Shown one piece after another: positions 1 to 9,992 of a stretch of 64,000 nt of DNA. This stretch comes from Eukaryota sp. TZLM1-RC. Its lineage: Eukaryota > Protista > Metamonada: BaSk clade. Below the pieces are notes generated by a model. The model was not told the DNA's origin. It did not search any database and saw nothing but the letters and a program-made list of their open reading frames with translations. A program made the translations under genes and the position numbers. The DNA is taken from the NCBI GenBank assembly GCA_040285825.1, contig JAUPSS010000006.1, positions 124,001-188,000 on the forward strand, read 5' to 3'. How positions within the stretch are numbered: the stretch's first letter is position 1; every line of letters begins with the position of its first letter.

Positions 1-543
1 ATATTTTGGAGGTAACATTCCAAAAAACGTAAACCAGACTGATCGTAATTGATAAAAGGGACGTTGACGTTATTGATAAAAAATCAATTGGTTCATGGCC
101 AATAACCAAACATTTGGAGACATTGAATGAAAGCCAAATACTTCAGAACGCTGTTGATGAAAATTTGCCATTTTTTAAGAACTGAAATAGGAGCAATGAC
201 AAAGATGTCATCGAAATGTGCTCCAATATTAATTTCTGGAAATTTTTCTTTTAATTCTTACATTCAAACATGAAACACCAACCAAAAGAAAAAGGGACCA
301 AGACGATCGCCCTGTTTAACATCTGAAGAAGAAAGCAAGTCAAAATATTCAATGACCAATGTTGATGATTTTCCATAAAATGAATACAAAGGACACTCAG
401 TTTCGGGAAAATGATTGTGCAGGAAAGGGAAAATAATTTACCAAAACGAACATTTTCAACTATAATCAAACACAATTTTAAATGGAACAAAAACTATTCA
501 AAATTTATAACAAATTAAATAATGTAAAACTATAAACAACAAA

Positions 544-2262
544 TTAAAAAGGAGGTGCAATTCTTTTGGTAACCGGCAGAGGAGCACTTGACAATTTATT
601 AAACTTTGAGCCATTTCTTTCTGTTTTCACACAATTCAGAGTGGTTTGCCTCAATTTTGGTGGTTTAACATTTACTTTGGGAGAACCAATTCCAACTTTG
701 GGTGATTTTTGCAATTTTTTCAGAATTTCTGTTCCTTTTCGTGGCGTCTTGGTTGGTTTTTGTACTAAACTATACGATGGTGGCAATTGTCGAGGTGTTG
801 ATGGCATAGACGTTTGAGAACTATTGAGTATTTGCGGGGGTGAAATTTTGGGTTCAATTATTGGTTGCACATTTTGATCCCCTACTGACCCATATGAAAA
901 ATTCATTTTTGTTCCAACACTAACTACATCACCACCATCAATAATTCCAAACATATTTACTTCTTTTTGAGTTACATTTTTAATAGAGATGCACTCCACC
1001 GAAAGATTGCCACTCAGACCACGTTTTGATTTCAATAATATCAAGTAGGGCTTCCAGATAAAAAACTGTTCTAATTCATTACGTTGTTCATCAGAAAGTT
1101 GTGCAAATTGGCCAGAAGCAAGTCCTAGAATAGCCTCAGCATTCTCCCCAAAAACCACACCATTTACACTGCCTGTATGATCGGCAATGCTGATATGGAC
1201 AAGATAGTGGGGACGACCAGGGTTAATATTGCCACCTAAAATTAGATTTCGCAGAAGAATTTCACATACATCGTCTGCATTGTCCATCTCTAATACGACC
1301 ATTACATTCATGACATGCCATGTAATAACCCTTGGAACCAGTTAGCCCAATTTCCGTCACAAAACCTATGATCTTTGCAAAGACTTTGAGTTCTTGTTGT
1401 TGATCGTTTTGGTGATTTAAGAATTGAACCACCGTTTCTAAAGCAATATCATCATCTTCCAACGAGGGCTGTTTGATCTTTGCCAAATTCTTCACATCAA
1501 TGGTTCCATTCTGTACCATTGTTTCTAGTGATCGCGCATCAGCACTCCTTGCGTGAGTGACTAATTCAGTTTCCTGAGTTTAATGGTTAATAATGAGGAC
1601 ATACTCCTGTTACTGAAATACTTACATTGTCCTTATAAGCAACAACCTTGGCAGCTACGAGTTCAATCACTGAATGCATGGGTAGTTGCTCTCCCATGGC
1701 AATATTATGTTCTCCCCATAGGGTGAGGTTACAAGCATTAGACTCGTCAGCTACACGTATCGTCATTTTCAACGTGTCAGTGCCTCGTTTAGTTTGTATT
1801 TGTTCTGTCTGTTGTAAGCGAAGTGCTGGAATATCATACTGGGAATTTGGCAACAACAACACAACATACATGGACCATTTGGTCAATGAATTGGGACATT
1901 GCATTAATTTTGCACCTTGGCGGAGCATTTATTGGGAATCTATTCGGTTGGGCTGGTATGATGACTGACGACTCTGTGAATGTTGCTTCGTATTCTGAGG
2001 TGTTGTTATCAGGAAAACCAGTTGATTGTCTCGGCTTAATTCGGACGTTTTGGATCATGATAATCTGACGCTGGGATAAAGATTGACTTTCAGCGTCTTC
2101 ACCCCATAATGTTACACGGATAGAACCTGTACCATCGGATAGATTGAAGTTACAGACACTGTTGCCATTTTTTGTTTGCTTAATTCCTCGATAGTTAGTC
2201 ACCATACCACCGATTGTACATGATTCAGAGGGTGTTAAGTTCGCGATGTAAGTTAGAGACAT
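544..2262 (-). CDS. RPA1/MEIOB-like ssDNA-binding protein (three OB folds, C4 zinc ribbon, basic S/P/K-rich tail); 4 exons
   Basis: Four track ORFs join into one frame after removing GT-AG introns 1809-1839 (31 nt), 1574-1604 (31 nt) and 1236-1269 (34 nt). OB-fold motifs: LSDGTGSIRVTLWGE, VADESNACNLTLWGE, IADHTGSVNGVVFGENAEAILG. Zinc ribbon: YMACHEC..CRRC. No RPA70N domain. Confidence 0.85.
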
Positions 2263-2571
2263 TTATAAGGATAATGATGTGAGGTGCCGGGAAAATCGAT
2301 CATTGTTCGTTTTTTAATAGCAAAACATATAGCAAAACAACTGATGTCATATGCAGTTCTTTCTGTTTGATCATGACTTTCAGACGTTTGTCATACTTCT
2401 CAAAATGCTTATCTTACAACTCTGAGACCCTCACATTTTGGTCTTGATGTTGAATTGAATCAATACAACAATTGATCAGTAGGTACATCCACTTAGTACA
2501 ACATCAATGTTGCAGATATCAGTTAATACTAACCCAACTTTTCCGGTCCCTTCCACCACCTCTTCTACACA

Positions 2572-3296
2572 ATGAACCTTGGCGATTCAGAGATCCAAGG
2601 ACATCTCCTGACCATATCACTGATACAACTGGTTCTATCTCTCACTTTCCTGGCCCCTTCCGTGTCTTCCTTTGTTATTGCCCTCCCTATGCTCGCTCTC
2701 TCCCTTGTTGGTTTCATTGGTGCCATCAAGGAGAAGAGAACCTTTATTGGGATTTTCAGTTTGGTATCTATTTGCAACGCCTTTTTGTTTGGCCTTGTAA
2801 TCATTTACGCAGCTCATTTGGTTCGACACCGACAACCACTAGATAACCCAATTCATGAACGCCATACTACTCAAATGGTTTGTAACCCTAACCCTAACCC
2901 TAGATCGGAATGAAATTGTCACTGACACTGTTTTTCTTTCTCTTTTCCATTCTCTCAACCATCATTAGCACGATATACTACCGCCAACTCTGCCATGGAA
3001 GTCACGTACGCCCTCAACCAGAATCGTTTCTTTCTGAAACATTTATGAGATTGCGTAATGCTTGGAATAGAAGTTCTGTCCAACATCACTTCTCTCCAGC
3101 TCCTCCCACCCCACACTCCTCTCCACCTGAGTGTCCTGAGGAGGAGACGTGTAGGTATTGTAACCATAGACAGGCCGTCGTGGTGTCGTTGGGGTGTGGT
3201 CATTTGAGCTTGTGTGAGAAGTGCAGTAGGAGAACCAGAGTTTGTCCAACATGTAGACAAGGTTTAAGGAATACAGTGCATGTTTATCAGACATAG
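2572..3296 (+). CDS. Multi-pass membrane protein with C-terminal C3HC4 RING finger (E3 ligase-like); 2 exons
   Basis: ORFs 2572 and 2910 join in frame via intron 2878-2903 (TTQM|IGMKL). About 4 hydrophobic segments. RING motif CRYC..GCGHLSLCEKC..CPTCR. Confidence 0.85.
2878..2903 (+). other. 26-nt spliceosomal intron composed of telomeric repeat
   Basis: Sequence GTTTGTAACCCTAACCCTAACCCTAG; removing it restores the frame between the TM region and the RING. Confidence 0.8.
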
Positions 3297-3489
3297 GGTT
3301 TGGGTTTGGACTTGAGGTTTTTGTGGTTTTCTTGACAATGACCAGGACTTGATTTTTTTATTTTGATAAATAAAAAAAATAAAAAAAATAAAGTTAATTA
3401 TTTTAATTATTATTTTAATTCTAATTTTAAACTTTTTTCAAGAATTTTTCGTTTAATAAATAAAAAAATAAAGTTTATTACTATAAGTA

Positions 3490-3600
3490 TTTATTGAATT
3501 TGCACACTTAATTAAATTAACTCATAACTAATGGGACGACTATCATTGAACCAAGATTTCTTCTACAAAATCTTGATCTGCTTGCTGTCTAGCTAAGTTA
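3490..3600 (-). mobile_element. 3' end fragment of CRE-like non-LTR retrotransposon
   Basis: Near-identical to 59925-60035 and similar to 62305-62385 (aactc..ctaatgggacgactatcatt..atctgcttgct.tctagctaa). Confidence 0.7.
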
Positions 3601-4499
3601 ATTACTTCAATTATTATTTAAATTGTTAGATTTTGTAAAAAAATTATCCCAACTATTTCAGAGTAATTGAATAGATTCAGAGTTTCTGGAAGTTCTTAGT
3701 GATTTCTGTACAAGCTATATTGATTCATCGAATAAAGACTAAAAAAGTAAAACATCAATAAAAAACAAAAAATCATCAAACACTACAATTCCACATCCTG
3801 AAGACCTGCCTTATTACATCAAAACAATTAATTACTCAACATTCGTAGTGGATTCTTAGATTTTGTGAAAATTTTGTAGAAATCTTAGTAATTAGGAATA
3901 TCTAGTGGTATTTTTGGTATTTTTGATGTCATTATTCAGCCTGAGGATTTGAGTTAAAGATTGGAAAAAATGAGGAAGAATATGCTCGATTGCATATAGT
4001 AGTTTATTACGAAATTTGAAGTGGAAATTACTAAATTCTTTGACTATAATTGTTTAGTGAATGAGATTTTTTTCATCATATTAATCAACCTATAAGTTTT
4101 TTATATAAGTGTTCATTCAATTTAGGCACCACACAGTTCACGGATTAAAACATACTTGCACTTTGATCATAAAACACCCTACAGTTTTTCATGATTTGAT
4201 GTCCTTTGCAAATTAGAAGTCTTTTATAAACTGAATTTTGTATCCAAAACGACAGTTAATTTGTTTACTGTTATTGAATATCCCATTTATTCTAAACATT
4301 AAATTGATTTCAGCACGATCAACCCCCAAAATTTTCATTTTGAAGGTTGATATTTCTCTGTTTAATTGTTGAAATATTTAAACCCCTGAAACTGGAAATG
4401 AGCTACTTTTTATGAATTAAAAGAACCAATAAAGGACTGGAATCGCAATGGCATGATTGTGTAACAATCAAAAATTAAATCAAAAATCAAAAATAATGA

Positions 4500-6070
4500 A
4501 AATTGTTTGTATTTGTTTTATTTAATTTTAATTTTATTCAAAACCTATAAATCAACATCTAAAAAATCCATCTCTCCCAGAACAAAAACACTAGATGCAA
4601 CTCTCTCATAGTGAGATCCAAGAGAAAGCAAAGCAACCAGAAACCATCTTCAACATCCCCTTAAAAATAGAAAACACAATTCTATTTTGCCAAAACAATC
4701 TGTTGCAATTTCTGCCAGTTCTTCTCTTTACAATAGTTTCAAAATCATCCAAAAAACGTAAAGCAGTTGGTGCAAGTGAACCAAAAAGGGAAAATACAAA
4801 TGGATACAAATTGTATTTTGCATGATGTAGACTGGCCAATTTGGACAAAGGTTCATTGTATTTTTTGAATTTAAAATTTTCAGCATTTGAAAGAGGATTA
4901 TGAATTTCAGAATTAACAAGCCTTTCATTTGAGGCATTACAAGGATCAACAGACATTACATCCAATAAAATGAAACTTCCATCTAATCCAGGTAATATAA
5001 CATCACCTCTATTATTCTTATGAAAATCATCTTCAGCATCAAACAGATTTGACAACAGAGGTTCCAAGAAGGATTCAATTCTATGAGATTTACACATACA
5101 ATATAACTGGTCTCTTACAGCATCATGAACCTTGCTTCTAAAAGTAACAAAATGTTTACAATTTAACAAATGAGTAGTTGTAATTTCTCGAGAACATTTA
5201 CAAATTAAATTATGAGGTAAATTATCAGGCCAGATAAAGGAACGAAATCTCATATTCAGAGTCCAAGCAGAATCGGTTAAGAGAGTACCATAAACTTGTG
5301 GAATTGTTGTTACTAAGGCAGAAGTACTGTCACACATATCTTGTAAAAGATTTGCAAAAGCGGGATTCTTTTTCTTGGCCAAGCCAAGTCTAACATCAAA
5401 ATTCAAACTTTCAAAAATCTTTGACAAATTTTGTTGAAACTTTTTACAGCAAAACTGCAAATTAAAAACGATTGGTTTGGAATTTCTAGGATTGATTGGG
5501 GAAAACATTTGGTCCAAATTTGTGGTAGTAAACCATCAAGTTCACAAAACAACTCATTCAATTATGGACCACAACTGGGAACTATCAGATGATAATCATC
5601 AGGAAATCTACGAGAATATTCATAAATTAAATTCTGGTACCCAGAATGCTGATTGACCACAAAAAAGAAGATTTAGTCTATCCAATACCACCCAAATTTG
5701 CCGGAAAAATAGGTGATTTTTCAACATTCATGGTTCTACTCCCAATAAATCAGCAAAACTTTTGTTCTCAATGAATTAAAATATCAACAAAATCAAAAAA
5801 ATCTACTGCTATGGAAGGAGCACAAGATCTCAAAATGTGGGTTTTTTCCCAGTGTAGCAAATTTTAAGCATCAAAAATTTAATATGTTTTTCTAGATCTA
5901 AAGAAGAAATTGAATTAAGTTCAACTTTCATTTTCTCCATAAACTTCAGAACTTAACTTTTGAAGAGAAGTAAAAGGGACAACAAAATCGTTTAGCACGA
6001 GATCTTGAGCAGAAGAGCCAATCAGAAGGCATTTGCTCGCATTAAGATGAAGCCAAATATTTTCATTTGA
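4500..6070 (-). mobile_element. 5'-truncated CRE-like RLE non-LTR retrotransposon (degenerate)
   Basis: ORF 4606-5517 has zinc knuckle CKC-x7-HLLNC, RSKVHDAVRD, EPLL, RGD..D and AE..K..KY..PFVFSLFG (restriction-like endonuclease). Frameshifted RT C-terminus (KCLLIG) lies upstream. Confidence 0.85.
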
Positions 6071-7223
6071 ATCGGAATTTTCTGAATTTTTGTAACCAAG
6101 TTTGGGAAATCAGATGAACAAAGCAAGGATATATCATTTATTTTTACATTGCTATTGATTCAACAATTTAAGAAAAAGCCAATTAAGAAAAACAGCCAGC
6201 CTGTAGTTTTCAAGAGACAACAAGTGACATTGTGTGGGTTTTTCGGTAATCTGTATAGAAAAAAGTTCTAATCATAACTGAAAAATGATAGCAAAATTAT
6301 CATGTTGTGTCCTTGATGCCAATTAACAAAAAATTTGAATATATGTCTCATTCAATTTTTTCACTTTCTTGATGATTCGTTTGATTAAGGATAAAGATGT
6401 CTTGTTTTTTGCACATATAAGTGAATTTCATTTGTATAAAATCCTTTTGAAAAATCCTTTTATTTAATTTTTTATTTAGTTTATATAGTTTTTTATCTTG
6501 AAAAAGTTATATGCATCAGTGGAGAAAATTCATCAACAATTCTTTTAAACAAAAACAGTTTCATAATCCTGATGAACTCACAATTAGAATTATATTGACC
6601 ACCACAAACCACACTATTTCAGTTCAAATTACTGTGGAGAAAGTGATTTATGTCGCGTTATTACACTCAAAAAAGTGGTGTATTTATTAAGTTGAAGTTT
6701 TAATGTTTGAAAAATACATTTACTTTTGGTACTAAAAAACGAAAAAAGTTTTGAACTGAAACTGAAAGCCTTCTTGGAACTCGTGATCAAGATTTGTAAC
6801 TTTTTCCTTGGAATATTTCGATTTTTTTGTAGAAATTCATTGAAAAACAGTTTCAACACATATATCTGAAATATACAAATATATACAACTTGTTATTTGT
6901 ACAACAACCACAACACATCAGTATGAAAATCTCCATCTAATCTAGGTAGTTCATCATCTACATCAATGAAAAATTAACTAATCAAAGGTCATTGGTATAA
7001 GATGATGATGTCTTCATTCAGTATGCGTTGCTAAAATGTTGAGTTGACGGGGCACCACTATGAACTCCTCATTGTAACCATTGATGGTGATCTAAAGCCA
7101 CAATGTTTGTTAACTGGAAAAACCATTCCTTTATATCAAAATCAATCATTCTTTCTTCATTTCAATACCAACTTCCATTAAACACACTTCAACATACCTA
7201 TTTTAGAATCACTCCCAACTACA

Positions 7224-7640
7224 ATGTATACCTACGACTTTACGATGCATTTCGATCTTGATAGCTCTGTTCTCGACAATGTGGATCTGGATTCCTTCAT
7301 TGAAGATGTCAATTCTCACCTTGCCAACGAAGCCAGGGTTTTGATTGTAGACAAGAGCTCTATTTCTGTCAAAGGTGTAGGTGGACCACAGCACTTACCT
7401 TCCATTCACGCAATGTTTGTTGAGCGGTTTAGCTCTCTGGGTCACCTTCGCACCCCTGGCACCCCTCGAATCACTTTTTCCAATGAAACAAAATCATCAG
7501 TAGCTATCTCCGACTCTAATCCTGAAAGAATGAAGGGACCATGGCCGTCAGTATATGAGATGCAGTTTGGAGACGACGTGGAAGAAAATTCATGTTTTGG
7601 TGATGCAGTAGTAGTGGATGATATCAATAGTTTGTTTTAA
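7224..7640 (+). CDS. Hypothetical protein (138 aa)
   Basis: ATG-initiated ORF with gene-like base composition against AT-rich flanks; no recognisable motif. Confidence 0.6.
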   Translation: MYTYDFTMHFDLDSSVLDNVDLDSFIEDVNSHLANEARVLIVDKSSISVKGVGGPQHLPSIHAMFVERFSSLGHLRTPGTPRITFSNETKSSVAISDSNPERMKGPWPSVYEMQFGDDVEENSCFGDAVVVDDINSLF

Positions 7641-7754
7641 TAGTTTTTTATTTCTTTTATTTCGTTTTTTTACACGTAAAACTTGATGGTTTCTAAATCA
7701 ACCGCTTCTATCAATCAGTTGTTGGTAGACAAGGTATTGATATTCGTAACCAAA

Positions 7755-7824
7755 AATTATCAGAATTCAAATTAATCAGAATTAAAATTAATCAGAATTC
7801 AGATTAATCAGAATTCAAATTAAT
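7755..7824. repeat. Minisatellite, ~16-bp unit (AATTAATCAGAATTCA) x4
   Basis: Directly visible tandem copies with 1-2 mismatches. Confidence 0.8.
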
Positions 7825-8246
7825 TTGACACTTTTAGCACTGTTTACAAGCTGCTCGCTCTTGACTTGGTTTCGGTTTAGTCCAAAATGAAATGAACGAT
7901 TTTGGTTTTGATCACTATCATTCCTCTCCAAGAAATCAATTATATGTATTTTGTACATTATGAGATTCCAAAACTTATTTTTCATTTATTGCAGAAATCT
8001 GATAACTCCAGTCCACAATACGATTATTTATTAACTATTTCTTATTTATTTTTCTATTATATTAAATGAATTTTGTGCTTTTCCATCAAACTAGAAAAAA
8101 TACTATATGTGATAAATAATGATGATAATGATTAATTCTAAAAAAATGCAAAAAAATGAATCAGAAATTTATCAAAAACAAATTAATTTCTTAACAAAAC
8201 ACCCAAGTTTCTAATCAAAAATACTGAAAAAAAACCAAAAGTATTC

Positions 8247-8888
8247 TCAATCAAACCTGCAGTCTTGCTCCGACCCAACCCGATCTAATCTACAATCCTC
8301 CAAAGCCTTTATCCTAGATTCAAGTTCTGTCATTTTATCGATTACTTCTTGGTCAAAGCTTCGTTCAAACCGCCGACTCCCAGTTTCTAACCCCCCACGT
8401 GACGTTGCCGTCATCAGTTTCTGTTTAAGTGCATTTGTACGCGTAGTGAGTGCCCGTAGTCTATTTTCAGTCTCTTTGAATGGAGAAGACGTAGACATGT
8501 GAGTAGAAGAGCTCGTGTTACTTGGAGAAAGAGAACCACGGCAATGAGGACATTGAAGCTTGGAGGGAGACATATTGGTAACTAATAGGTGCTCAAGACG
8601 ATTCAATCGAGAAAGTATTTCTTCATGGGGATAATCTTCTGTAGTAGCAGTACTCACCTTAGATAAAGGTGTGTATGATGGCGGTGATATGGATGGATGG
8701 GGCATAGATGGCGATCTACGTTCACGTAAGATGGTACTAGGGATGCCTTTGTTCATATCAGCAAGAAGTGTTTCCACAGATCCAGAGCGTTGTGGAGAGT
8801 TGTAGTCTGAGAGATCTCCAAGTCGAAGAAAGACATCACTCTTGTTTTCTTGGGGTGAAAGAAGGGGTGAATCATGAATAGAAGCCAT
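8247..8888 (-). CDS. Hypothetical S/P-rich coiled-coil protein with CPHC motif
   Basis: First ATG at 8888 (MASIHDSPLL); long open frame with GC-enriched coding composition and heptad-like segments. Confidence 0.7.
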   Translation of the reverse strand: MASIHDSPLLSPQENKSDVFLRLGDLSDYNSPQRSGSVETLLADMNKGIPSTILRERRSPSMPHPSISPPSYTPLSKVSTATTEDYPHEEILSRLNRLEHLLVTNMSPSKLQCPHCRGSLSPSNTSSSTHMSTSSPFKETENRLRALTTRTNALKQKLMTATSRGGLETGSRRFERSFDQEVIDKMTELESRIKALEDCRLDRVGSEQDCRFD

Positions 8889-9992
8889 GATATGGTAGAA
8901 TTCGAACAACAGTGAGTGTTGAAGTTGATATTGAAATTGAACTGGGGCAATTTCGATTCAATTAATGGAAACGTGGAATAATTGCAAACAGTATCTACTA
9001 CACAGGTATCGAGGTCTTTCATTACCACTCATTCTGGCTTCAGCGATTGCGAATGTATTAAAAAATAGCAACTCATGCCTATTGAATGCTTTGCTGAACC
9101 ATTGTTGATGAATTTGCAATTCTCATTATTACAAGCTGATGAAACTCAAGCAATGGTAACGGGAGTGCTTTCTCTTCTACAAAATTTGAGATAGAAAGTT
9201 CTCAAAACTATTTCAACCGTAGCTAAGCAGGATATTTAGTTGAAGAGAATGCTACATTGCTCAGTGATACTTCAAATCTACATTTTTTTGAGAAATTGAA
9301 TCCATCCACTTCTCGAATTTACTTATGATGTTTCAAACTATTTAAACTGAAGCAGGAGTTTTGGCACTATCACCCGGTATTATCAAAAAAAATGTTATCT
9401 GTGACTTCCAAAAATGCTCAAAATGGTTTTTAGCAACCAATTTGTCGCTTTTTGCTATTTTTTCAGAAATGTTCCACAAGTCAAGACATACCAGGTAGGT
9501 ATGTAAGTCAATTGTCCAAACAAAACTTGCACAAATTTGACAAGCACAAAGTTGGAAATATCTATAAGGGGTTGTTAGATTTGCAGTAGATGGTGATAAC
9601 TGAATGTTTGCACTTCTAATTGCCGTTATTTCAAACTCTACGATTTATCTCCAACATAATCTAGTATTATAGTATTATAATTAGTAGCTTGTGGCACATT
9701 GTGTTTGTTCATTGACTCTAGTCGAAGAATTGCTTATAATATAAATGACATCCAAACAAACTACTTTTAATGAGAATCAATCCAACAAAGGTAATGGGTT
9801 TGTTCATTTAATATACTAAAAGAGTGCAAATAATTATCAATCATTCTTAATTAATTATTATAAATGAAGCAAAATAATTATCAATTAAGATTTAAATTAT
9901 AAAATAAGCTGACAAAAACAATATTTATAACTGATATGCTAAAAAATTGGTGCTTAAAATGTTATTTATTTTCAACAATATATCCAAAAAAT

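Noticed and set aside
544-2262. Overlapping ORFs suggesting programmed frameshifting
   Set aside because: Each junction is explained by a canonical GT-AG mini-intron.
7755-7824. Possible CRISPR-like array
   Set aside because: Head-to-tail units with no unique spacers, in a eukaryotic context; it is a simple minisatellite.
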